From an uncultured Chloroflexia bacterium (GTDB lineage: Bacteria > Chloroflexota > Limnocylindria > Limnocylindrales > CSP1-4), in contig CAVXEB010000007.1 in the NCBI GenBank assembly GCA_963760735.1, forward strand, positions 62,110 through 126,109: a stretch of 64,000 bases of DNA, in the 5' to 3' direction. Below, in pieces: positions 19,183-27,867 of the stretch (position 1 is its first letter; each line of letters starts with the position of its first letter). The notes below the pieces were generated by a model. The model saw only the letters and a program-made list of their open reading frames with translations. It ran no database searches and was not told the DNA's origin. Position numbers and translations under genes: made by a program.

Positions 19183-20229
19183 ATGTCAATAGGACAAGTG
19201 TCCACATCTGACGACGATCGCAACGACGAGGAACGGCCGCCGCATGGCGGCGGCGACCTCGACGTCGCCCGCGATTCCGACGTCCCGATCTCCACCCAGA
19301 TCTTCTGGCAGCTCGCCTACCAGATCGACTCCGGCCGGCTCCTGCCCGGGGCCCGCCTCGCCCCGGTCCGGGAGATGGGCGCGGCCCTCCGCGTGAATCC
19401 GAACACGATCCGGGCCGTCTACCGCCGGCTGGCCGACGCGGGCTACGTCACGAGCCGCCACGGTGCCGGGACCCACGTCGCGGAGCGCCCGCCACAGCGT
19501 CGTGGCGCCGAGGCGCTGGCGGGGATCGTCGCGGAGATGCTTCGGCGGGCGGCCGCCGCCGGGTTCGGGGCCGACGAGGTCGCCGCCGCCGCCTTCGCCG
19601 CTGCGAGCGAGCGGAAGCGCCCGGGGCCCAAGGTCCAGGTCCTCTTCGCCGAGTGCACGAACGCCGACGCCGGGTACGACGCACAGCGGCTGTCCGACAT
19701 CTTCACGGACAGCATCGACGTCGAGGGCGCGCTGCTCGACGACCTGCCGGACCGGCTCGACCGGTTCCACTACGACCTGGTCGCGACCACGACCTTCCAC
19801 GCCGACGAGGCCCAGGCGCTCGTCCACGGGCGGGTCCCCGTCGTGGCGATGCTCGTCGGGCCGGGCTACCTCGAGCTCGTCCACGAGATCGCGGCCCTGC
19901 CCTCCGGCTCCCGGGTCGGGCTGGTCTGCGCGTCCGAGCGCGGTGCGGAGAACATGTCGGAGACGCTGGCGCTGTCGGGCGCGACCGGGATCGAGCTGCT
20001 CTCGGCCACGATGGATGACGAGCGCGAGCTCGACCTGATCGACCGGACGGCCGACGTGATCCTCCTCTCGCGGGAGTCGATCGCGAACGGCCTCGAGACG
20101 CGGTTCGATCGGCCCGAGCGGCTCCGCCAGTGGTCGTACGAGTTCGACCCGGCCGGACTCGAGCTGCTCCGGCGCGGCATCGAGCACGTCACGGCGACGC
20201 GGGCGCGGGAGGCGGTCGCCGCCGGCTGA
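19183..20229 (+). CDS. GntR-family transcriptional regulator
   Basis: 348-aa track ORF. Winged-helix region ISTQIFWQLAYQIDSGRLLPGARLAPVREMGAALRVNPNTIRAVYRRLADAGYVTSRHGAGTHV. Preceded by an AT-rich promoter-like spacer. Confidence 0.85.
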   Translation: MSIGQVSTSDDDRNDEERPPHGGGDLDVARDSDVPISTQIFWQLAYQIDSGRLLPGARLAPVREMGAALRVNPNTIRAVYRRLADAGYVTSRHGAGTHVAERPPQRRGAEALAGIVAEMLRRAAAAGFGADEVAAAAFAAASERKRPGPKVQVLFAECTNADAGYDAQRLSDIFTDSIDVEGALLDDLPDRLDRFHYDLVATTTFHADEAQALVHGRVPVVAMLVGPGYLELVHEIAALPSGSRVGLVCASERGAENMSETLALSGATGIELLSATMDDERELDLIDRTADVILLSRESIANGLETRFDRPERLRQWSYEFDPAGLELLRRGIEHVTATRAREAVAAG

Positions 20230-20301
20230 TTCGCGGGTCGAGTTCCGGAATTCCCTGTCGATCCCCGACGGCCGCCGGGCCGGGGTGCCACACTCGGCCC
20301 G

Positions 20302-23300
20302 ATGGACCGGATCCCGTTCCTCGGCGCGACCCTCGAGCGGCTCGACATCGAGCCGGCCCCTGCGGACGGTCCGCTCGAGCCGACGACCGCGCGCCGGATC
20401 GTCGGCGCGCTCGTCGCCGACCTGCCGACCGAGGCCCGCCAGCCGCTGCCCGGCGAGCTCCTCGCCCTGAGCATCCTCCACGAGGCCGCTCACCTGGCCA
20501 TCCTCGCGGCCGCCCGCCGCCGGCCGGAGGCGGCGATCGGCGCGGCCCTGCCGGCCGTCCGGCAGGAGGTCGGGGCGCGTCCGACGACGAACCTGCTGCG
20601 ATCGTTCGCCGGCGCCTTTCCGGGCGTCGATACCGCGGCCCCGGCCCGTCTCGAGGACCTCACCCTCGTCCATCTCGCCAACGACAACCCGGCGGCTGCC
20701 CCGCTCCGCGACCTCGTCGACGATCGCGGCCTGCCGGCGACGAGCCTCGCCGCGATGATCGCGGCGCTCGAGCGACACCAGGCACACCTCGCGATCGATG
20801 AAGGTCCCGTCGGCGGCGTCTCGCTCCTCGACCTGCTGCGTGAGCCGGCGCGCCAGTCGCCGGACTCGCTCACCGGTCAGCTGCGCTACGTCCGCGACAA
20901 CTGGGGCTGGCTGCTCGGCTCGTCCCTCGACGATCTGGCGGGGCGACTCGAGGCGGCGATCGGGATCCTCGCCGAGGAGCACGTCGCCCTCCACCAGCGA
21001 TTCGGCGCGGTCGGCGGCGCGGCCCCGGCCGAGGCCCCGTCGTTCACCGGCGCGGAGGCCGAGGTCGAGCGGTTCTCCGAGGACCGCGAATGGATGCCCC
21101 GGCTCGTCCTCCTCGCGAAGAGCACGTACGTCTGGCTCGACCAGCTGTCACGACGATCCGGGCGCGAGATCCGGACGCTCGACGCCATCCCCGACGAGGA
21201 GCTCGCGTCGATCGCCGAGCGCGGGATCACCGGCCTGTGGCTGATCGGGCTCTGGCAGCGTTCGCGGGCGTCGGAGCGGATCAAGCGCTGGCGCGGGAAC
21301 GCGGACGCGGTCGCCTCCGCGTATTCGCTCGACGACTACCGGATCGCCGACGACCTCGGCGGCGAGGATGCCCTGGCGCGGCTTCGCGAGCAGGCCTGGC
21401 GCCACGGGATCCGGCTCGCGAGCGACATGGTCCCGAACCACATGGGGCTCGATTCGCGCTGGGTGATCGACCATCCCGAGCGGTTCATCCAGGTCCCTGC
21501 CCCGCCCTACCCGGCGTACCGGTTCGAGGGCGCCAACGTCAGCGACGACCCCCGCGTCGAGATCCGGATCGAGGACCACTACTGGAACGACAGCGACGCC
21601 GCAGTCGTCTTCGAGCGGCGGGACACCGCGACCGGCGAGCGCCGCTACGTCTACCACGGCAACGACGGCACGAGCTTCCCGTGGAACGACACCGCCCAGC
21701 TCGACTTCCTCCGGGCCGAGGTCCGCGAGGTCGTCATCCGGACGATCCTCGACGTCGCCCGGCGGTTCCCGGTCATCCGGTTCGACGCCGCGATGGTCCT
21801 CGCGAAGAAGCACGTGGAGCGACTCTGGTATCCGGAGCCGGGCCAGGCCGGCGGGATCCCATCGCGGGCCGAGTTCGGAGCGATGCCGAAGGCCGTCTTC
21901 GACGGGCTGATGCCGACCGAGTTCTGGCGGGACGTCGTCGACCGGGTCGCCGCGGAGGCCCCGGACACACTCCTCCTCGCCGAGGCGTTCTGGCTGCTCG
22001 AGGGCTACTTCGTCCGGACCCTCGGGATGCATCGCGTCTACAACAGCGCCTTCATGCACATGATCCGCGACGAGAACAACGCGGGCTACCGGAAGGTGAT
22101 CCAGGAGACGCTCGAGTTCGATCCGGCGATCCTCGGGCGGTACGTCAACTTCCTCACGAACCCCGACGAGGAGACGGCGATCGAGCAGTTCGGGACGGGC
22201 GACAAGTACTTCGGAGCGGCGACCCTCCTCGCGACGCTGCCCGGGCTGCCGATGATCGGCCACGGCCAGCTCGAGGGCTTCACGGAGAAGTACGGGATGG
22301 AGTTCCAGCGGGCGCGTCTCGACGAGCAGCCGAACGAAGGGCTCCGGGCGCACTTCGACGCCCAGATCGTGCCGCTCCTGCGCGAGCGGCAGCGGTACGC
22401 GGGCTCGGCCGACTTCCGGCTGTACGACGTCGTCGCCGACGGCGGCGGCACGAACGAGGACGTCTTCGCCTACTCGAACGGACGAGGCGCGGACCGCTCG
22501 CTCGTCGTCTACCACAACCGGTTCGGGTCGGCGGCGGGCTGGATCCGCGACTCGATCCCGTTCGCCGAGAAGCACCCGGACGGGACGAAGACGATCCGGC
22601 GCGACACGCTCGCGTCTGCACTGGGGCTCGAGGGACCGGTCGACGGCTGGCTCCGGCTGCGGGACCGGCGGGCGGGCTACGAGACGCTCCGGTCCGTCGG
22701 CGAGATCCGTGCGCGCGGGCTGTTCCTCGCGCTCGACGCCTATGAGTGCGTCGTCGTCGACCAGCTCTCGCAGGTCGTCTCGACCGCCGACGAGCCGTGG
22801 GCCGACCTCGCGGGCGAGCTGCACGGCGCCTGGGTCCCGTCCCTCGACGACGCGCTGGCCGACCTCCGGCTGCGGCCCGTCCACGAGCGAGCGGCCGCGG
22901 CAATCGTGCCGGCCGATCCCGAGGCGACCGCGCTCCAGCTGACGGAGGCGATCGACGGGCTCGACCGGCGGCGGTTCGACCAGCTCCGGCTGGGATCGCT
23001 GCTCCTCCGCGCCGGCTTCGACGACGCGGGGATCCGTCGGACGCGGCTCGCGATCGGTCTTCCTCGGCCGGGCACGGTCCGGGATCCCGCCGTGCTCGTC
23101 GACGCCTGGCTCGCCGACGAGGACGTTGCGGCGTTCCTCGAGGTCCATGCCTGGGACGGCCGGACGTACCTGAGCGGCGATCGCTGGCCGGAGCTGCTCG
23201 AGGTCGCGGCCGGGCTGGACCGGGCGGCCGGCGCCCGCCGGACGTCACCCGCGATCGGGCGCCTCCGACGCGTCGCGGCGGACGCGGGCTACGACGTCGA

Positions 23301-23406
23301 CCGACTGCGGGAGGAGCTCAGGACGGCCGTCCCGCGATCCCCGGGCGCGGTGTCGGCGGTGTCGAAGGGTCGGCCCGCCCGCGAGGCCCGCTCGCGCGGT
23401 CGCTGA
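20302..23406 (+). CDS. Large GH13-like alpha-amylase family protein (1034 aa) with long N- and C-terminal extensions
   Basis: Core: GITGLWLIGLWQRS, LASDMVPNHMG (region I), VIRFDAAMVL (II), LLLAEAFW (III), NFLTNPDEET (IV-like). Single clean ORF. Confidence 0.85.
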   Translation: MDRIPFLGATLERLDIEPAPADGPLEPTTARRIVGALVADLPTEARQPLPGELLALSILHEAAHLAILAAARRRPEAAIGAALPAVRQEVGARPTTNLLRSFAGAFPGVDTAAPARLEDLTLVHLANDNPAAAPLRDLVDDRGLPATSLAAMIAALERHQAHLAIDEGPVGGVSLLDLLREPARQSPDSLTGQLRYVRDNWGWLLGSSLDDLAGRLEAAIGILAEEHVALHQRFGAVGGAAPAEAPSFTGAEAEVERFSEDREWMPRLVLLAKSTYVWLDQLSRRSGREIRTLDAIPDEELASIAERGITGLWLIGLWQRSRASERIKRWRGNADAVASAYSLDDYRIADDLGGEDALARLREQAWRHGIRLASDMVPNHMGLDSRWVIDHPERFIQVPAPPYPAYRFEGANVSDDPRVEIRIEDHYWNDSDAAVVFERRDTATGERRYVYHGNDGTSFPWNDTAQLDFLRAEVREVVIRTILDVARRFPVIRFDAAMVLAKKHVERLWYPEPGQAGGIPSRAEFGAMPKAVFDGLMPTEFWRDVVDRVAAEAPDTLLLAEAFWLLEGYFVRTLGMHRVYNSAFMHMIRDENNAGYRKVIQETLEFDPAILGRYVNFLTNPDEETAIEQFGTGDKYFGAATLLATLPGLPMIGHGQLEGFTEKYGMEFQRARLDEQPNEGLRAHFDAQIVPLLRERQRYAGSADFRLYDVVADGGGTNEDVFAYSNGRGADRSLVVYHNRFGSAAGWIRDSIPFAEKHPDGTKTIRRDTLASALGLEGPVDGWLRLRDRRAGYETLRSVGEIRARGLFLALDAYECVVVDQLSQVVSTADEPWADLAGELHGAWVPSLDDALADLRLRPVHERAAAAIVPADPEATALQLTEAIDGLDRRRFDQLRLGSLLLRAGFDDAGIRRTRLAIGLPRPGTVRDPAVLVDAWLADEDVAAFLEVHAWDGRTYLSGDRWPELLEVAAGLDRAAGARRTSPAIGRLRRVAADAGYDVDRLREELRTAVPRSPGAVSAVSKGRPAREARSRGR

Positions 23407-23420
23407 GCGGGAGCGTCCCG

Positions 23421-25178
23421 TCAGTCGAGGACGAGCCGCCGGAGGAGCGGCATCGGCGGTGCGCCGTGGCTGAGGCAGGCCTCCAGATGGGCGCGATGAT
23501 CGAAGCCGGGCGTGTCGCCGTGGTCGCCCACGACCCGCGGCGCAGGAACGCCATCAGCCGGTGCGCCGGCTGCAGCCGCGGCCCGCCGCCGGACCTCGCC
23601 TTCGAGGTCCCAGAAGGCCAGCGAGCCCACGAAGTACGTCGAGAGCTGGGTCGAGGACAGGCGGGCCCGGTTGTATTTCGCCCGGGCTTCGGCCTCCTCC
23701 TGGAAGCCGCCCTCGACCATCATCCCGACGGCCTCGTCCTCGGTCATGCCGGCGGTATGGATCGCCCCGTCGATCAGCGCGTTGATGACGCACCGCAGGT
23801 AGTACTTCCAATGACACAGGAGGAATGCCGGATCGCCGTCGGCATAGCCCGCGTCGATCATCACCTGGGTCACGTAGACGGCCCAGCCCTCGGCATAGAC
23901 GCTGCTTCGGAAGATGGCCCGCGCAATCGAGGCGCCCCGGTTGGCGTACACGCCCTGGAGGTAGTGGCCGGGTACGGCCTCGTGGATCGTGAGGATCTTG
24001 AGCATCCGGTCGTTGTCCTCCCGGAGCTTGGATTCCATCTGCTCCGGCGTCGCCGCGTCGGAGATCGGGGTGATGAAGAACATCGACTTCTGCCCGCGGT
24101 CGAGCGGTCCGGGCGCCATCAGCATCGCGCCGCCGAACTCACGCAGGAACGGGGGCGTCCAGCCGATCTCGAGCGGCTCGTCGGCGAGCCCGATCAGATC
24201 GCGCTCGCGACAGAACGCCTCGATCCGCCCGAGCTCAGCCCGGCAGTAGTCGATCAGCACCCCGCGGGCAGGGTGCTCGACCGCGATCGCGTCGAACACG
24301 GCGCGGACGACCTCGACCTCGTCGGCCGGGACCGGGCGGTCGCCGAGCCAGTCGGGCGCGATCTCCCGCGCGATCCGGATCATCTCCGCCCGGACGGCCT
24401 CGAACTCCCGCTCGGCGCGGGCCTGGATCCGCTCCGGCGTCATCGCCGGGTCGCGCATCGTGACGGCCATCTTCGCAGCGAACAGGTCGGACCCGAGCCG
24501 GCCCTCGCCGGCCGTCGCGGGCAGGACGGTCTCGCGGAGGTGGGTCTCGAACGCGTCGAGCGCGGCGCCGGCGACCTCCCGGGCGGATCGGAGTCGCGGC
24601 AGAACCGCTTCCGCCTCGGCGTCGCCGTCGTCGGCCGCGGCCTCGCCGGTCAGGAGCGCCTCGTCGACGATCGAGATGAGGCCCGGCCACTGCTCGATCG
24701 CCTTCTCGGTGTGGAACCGGTCGACCGGGCGGTCGTCGAGCCCCACGAGCATCTCGCGGGCGGCGTCGAGGACGGCCGGCACGCCTTCGGCCCTCGCGGC
24801 GATCGAAGCAAGGCGGACGTGGATCGGCGCGAACTCCCGCGACAGGAGCCCGAAGAAGGCCTCCCCGATCAGGTAGACCCACCACATCGGGCTCCAGGCG
24901 TCCTCGCGGAGCCGGACGTCGCCGAAACGCTGCGCGGCGAGCTCGCCGATGAGCAGGTCACGATCGATCCGCTCGTCCGCGGTCAGCTCCTCGTCCGTGC
25001 AGGCCTCGAAGACGGCCGTCCACTCGTCGGCGAACCCCAGCCGACGCTCGCGGCCCGCCGGGGACAGGTCTGGCCATTCGCCGTCGCGGTCGTGGTTGCC
25101 GATGGCCGTCGCGAAGATCGGGTCGAGGACGAAGGCGGCGTCGAGGAACGCGTCGACGCGCGCGGAGAACTCGCTCAA
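23421..25178 (-). CDS. DUF885 family protein (metallopeptidase-like)
   Basis: HEAVPGHYLQ motif and typical DUF885 length. I place the start at TTG 25178 (acGGAGcagcaccTTG; ...LSEFSARVDAFLDAAFVLDP) because the upstream part of track ORF 23421..25358 is Arg/Ser-rich. The start is uncertain. Confidence 0.75.
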   Translation of the reverse strand: MSEFSARVDAFLDAAFVLDPIFATAIGNHDRDGEWPDLSPAGRERRLGFADEWTAVFEACTDEELTADERIDRDLLIGELAAQRFGDVRLREDAWSPMWWVYLIGEAFFGLLSREFAPIHVRLASIAARAEGVPAVLDAAREMLVGLDDRPVDRFHTEKAIEQWPGLISIVDEALLTGEAAADDGDAEAEAVLPRLRSAREVAGAALDAFETHLRETVLPATAGEGRLGSDLFAAKMAVTMRDPAMTPERIQARAEREFEAVRAEMIRIAREIAPDWLGDRPVPADEVEVVRAVFDAIAVEHPARGVLIDYCRAELGRIEAFCRERDLIGLADEPLEIGWTPPFLREFGGAMLMAPGPLDRGQKSMFFITPISDAATPEQMESKLREDNDRMLKILTIHEAVPGHYLQGVYANRGASIARAIFRSSVYAEGWAVYVTQVMIDAGYADGDPAFLLCHWKYYLRCVINALIDGAIHTAGMTEDEAVGMMVEGGFQEEAEARAKYNRARLSSTQLSTYFVGSLAFWDLEGEVRRRAAAAAGAPADGVPAPRVVGDHGDTPGFDHRAHLEACLSHGAPPMPLLRRLVLD

Positions 25179-25506
25179 GGTGCTGCTCCGTCTGGGTCGA
25201 CCGAGTCTAGCGGCGCGGCCACGTGACTCGCCCGCTTCCGATGTCCGGATCGTCGTCGGGCGACGAGGAGAGGTCGAGACCGCGCGGAGCAGCGTCAGAT
25301 CGTCGCCGGAGGTCGACGAAGCCACGAACGGCGCTCGAACCGGGGGCCCGACGAGCACGGTCGAGCGTGGAGAGGCTCGTCAGGCACGTTCGACGGCGCC
25401 TCGTCGACCGGGGGCGACGATCTGGCGCCGGGACTCGGGATCCCGAGCCGTTCGTCGACGCGGCAGGACGAGCTGACAGGTTCAACCGCCCGCTACCATC
25501 GGGCGC

Positions 25507-26106
25507 ATGACCGTTGCCCCGGACCGCGTCGAGCCCGTCACGCTCGAGGGACGGATCGTCCGCCTCGAGCCGCTCGGCCTCGAGCACGTGCCGCGGCTCG
25601 CCGAGGTCGCCCTCGACCCCGCGATCTGGCGCTGGACCATCGCCCGGCCGACGACCGAGTCCGACCTCCGCGGCTGGGCGGAGACGGCGCTGCGAGCGCG
25701 CGAGGCCGGCACGGAGATGCCGTTCGTCACGCTCGAGGCGTCGACCGGTCGACCGATCGGCAGCAGCCGCTACATGAACATCGTCCTCGAGCATCGGCGG
25801 CTCGAGATCGGCTGGACCTGGGTCGCGCCGCCGTGGCAGCGAACCGGGGCGAATCGCGAGGCGAAGCTGCTGATGCTGGCCCACGCCTTCGACGTCCTCG
25901 GCTGCCGGCGCGTCGAGTTCAAGACCGACTCGAACAACGAGCCATCCAGGACCGCCCTCCTCGGGATCGGTGCGACCTTCGAGGGAATCTTCCGGAAGCA
26001 CATGGTCATGCCCGGCGACGGCGTCCGGCATTCGGCCTGGTACAGCGTGATCGACGACGACTGGCCGGCGGTTCGCGCCCGGTTGGAGGAATCGGTTCGA
26101 CCCTGA
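25507..26106 (+). CDS. GNAT family N-acetyltransferase (RimJ/RimL-like)
   Basis: 199-aa track ORF. RRLEIGWTWVAPPWQRTGANREAKLLMLAHAF is an acetyl-CoA binding-type motif. Confidence 0.88.
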   Translation: MTVAPDRVEPVTLEGRIVRLEPLGLEHVPRLAEVALDPAIWRWTIARPTTESDLRGWAETALRAREAGTEMPFVTLEASTGRPIGSSRYMNIVLEHRRLEIGWTWVAPPWQRTGANREAKLLMLAHAFDVLGCRRVEFKTDSNNEPSRTALLGIGATFEGIFRKHMVMPGDGVRHSAWYSVIDDDWPAVRARLEESVRP

Positions 26107-26162
26107 CGGTCGATCTGCGATGATCGACCCGGGCGGGGCAGGAAGCGGAGTGGAGGCGCCTG

Positions 26163-26549
26163 ATGAGAGGGTTCGTCATCGGCACGATCGCGACCGCGAT
26201 CGCGTTCGCGGTCATGATCTGGCTGCTGCCGAAGATCGACTACCAGGGTGACGTCTTCCCAGGGTTGATCGTCATCGCCCTGATCGCCGGGGTCGTCAAC
26301 GGCCTGATCAAGCCGATCGTCCGGCTGGTGTCGCTCCCGATCCGGATGATGACCCTTGGCCTGTTCGGCTTCGTCATCAACGCGGGGCTCCTGCTGCTCA
26401 TCGCCTGGATCAGCAACAACCTGAAGTTCGACTTCACGATCGCGGGCTTCCCGCCGGACCTGTCGCCCGAAGCGGTCCTGTGGGCCGGCATCGGCGCGGT
26501 CGTCCTGAGCCTGGTCAGCACGGTCGTCGGGATGGTCGTCCACGACTGA
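26163..26549 (+). CDS. Small 4-TM membrane protein (DUF360/YvlD, phage-holin-4-like family)
   Basis: 128 aa, four hydrophobic helices, GLFGFVINAGLLLLIAWI. Confidence 0.75.
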   Translation: MRGFVIGTIATAIAFAVMIWLLPKIDYQGDVFPGLIVIALIAGVVNGLIKPIVRLVSLPIRMMTLGLFGFVINAGLLLLIAWISNNLKFDFTIAGFPPDLSPEAVLWAGIGAVVLSLVSTVVGMVVHD

Positions 26550-26553
26550 TCCC

Positions 26554-27858
26554 GTGGATCGGCTGCCCCAGATCGCGGACTCGCTCCGGACGGCGGCGGC
26601 CCGCCATGGGACGCCGCTGTACCTGACCGATGAGGCGACCGTCCGGGTCGCCGTGGCGGAGCTGCGGGCGGCGTTTCCTGACCCGTGGATCCGCCAGTAC
26701 TCGGTCAAGGCGAACGACGTCGTCGCGATCATCGCCCTCGTCACCACCGGTGACGATGGCCTCGGGGCGAACGTCGTGTCGCGCGGCGAGTGGTCGATCG
26801 CCCGATCCGCGGGTGTCGCAAACGAGCGGATCACGTTCGAGGGCGTCGGCAAGACCGACGCCGACCTCGCCGCAGCCGTTCGGGCCGCGGCGGACGGAGC
26901 GCCGCCGCTGTGGCTGGCGATCGAGTCGCCCGAGGAGGCCGAGGCGCTCATCACCCGGGCCCGACGGGCCGGGTTGGGCAGCCACGGCCGCCCGGCCCTT
27001 GATGTCCTCTTCCGGCTCAACCCCGACGTCACGCCCGAGACCCAGGCGGTCCTCGCGGTCGGCCGCGGCGGCTCGAAGTTCGGGATGACCGAGACCGAGC
27101 TGAGCGCGACGGTCGAGCGCGTGGCCGCGGCCGGTCCGGGACTGCGAGCGCGCGGCGTTCACCTCCACGTCGGGTCGCAGCTCGGCGCCGTTGACAGCTG
27201 GCGCGACGCCGTCCGCCGCGGGCTCGCCGTGCTCGGCCTGCTGCGCGGCTCGCTGCCCGAGTTCGACACGCTCGATGCCGGCGGCGGGTTCGCCGTTCCG
27301 CCGTTCGGCGACCCCGGCCCGGGACCGGAGCGATTCGCCCGGGAGATGCCGGCGCTGCTCGAGGCGATCCCGCCCGAGCGCAGGCCCGGCCGGCTGGCGA
27401 TCGAGCCGGGCCGCTTCCTCGTCGCCCGGGCGGGCTGGCTCGTCGCCCGGGTCCTGCACGTCCGGGATCGAGGCGGCCGCCAGGTCGTCCTCGACACCGG
27501 GATGACCGAGATCATCCGGCCCGCTCTCTACGGCGGCCGGCACGCGATCGTCGCCCTGACCTCTCTTGGACGGCCGGTCGACCCGACGACCGCGAGCGGA
27601 CCGACGGCGATCGCCGCGGGCACGGTCGAGTCGGCCGCGGTCCATGGCCCGATCTGCGAGTCGACCGACGAGCTCGGCGACCACGATCTGCCGCCGCTCC
27701 GTCGGGGCGACCTCGTGACGATCCGCGACGCGGGCGCCTACGCGGCGGCCCTGTCGTCGGCGTACAACGGCCGGCCACGATCGCCGCAGGTGATCCTCGG
27801 GACCGACGGGCGGCTCGTCCTCGCGCGACGACGCGCTTCGCTGGCCTCGCTCGGCTAG
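26554..27858 (+). CDS. lysA: Diaminopimelate decarboxylase
   Basis: GTG start. PLP-lysine context QYSVKAN, HVGSQ, DAGGGF, CESTD, typical 434 aa. Confidence 0.9.
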   Translation: MDRLPQIADSLRTAAARHGTPLYLTDEATVRVAVAELRAAFPDPWIRQYSVKANDVVAIIALVTTGDDGLGANVVSRGEWSIARSAGVANERITFEGVGKTDADLAAAVRAAADGAPPLWLAIESPEEAEALITRARRAGLGSHGRPALDVLFRLNPDVTPETQAVLAVGRGGSKFGMTETELSATVERVAAAGPGLRARGVHLHVGSQLGAVDSWRDAVRRGLAVLGLLRGSLPEFDTLDAGGGFAVPPFGDPGPGPERFAREMPALLEAIPPERRPGRLAIEPGRFLVARAGWLVARVLHVRDRGGRQVVLDTGMTEIIRPALYGGRHAIVALTSLGRPVDPTTASGPTAIAAGTVESAAVHGPICESTDELGDHDLPPLRRGDLVTIRDAGAYAAALSSAYNGRPRSPQVILGTDGRLVLARRRASLASLG

Positions 27859-27867
27859 GCTCTCGCC

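Noticed and set aside
25179-25358. N-terminal 60-aa extension of DUF885 from the first ATG of the track ORF
   Set aside because: The extension (MLVGPPVRAPFVASSTSGDDLTLLRAVSTSPRRPTTIRTSEAGESRGRAARLGRPRRSS) is compositionally non-coding-like. Family-like sequence begins at LSEFSARVDAF with a GGAG 7 nt upstream of a TTG. The start remains uncertain.
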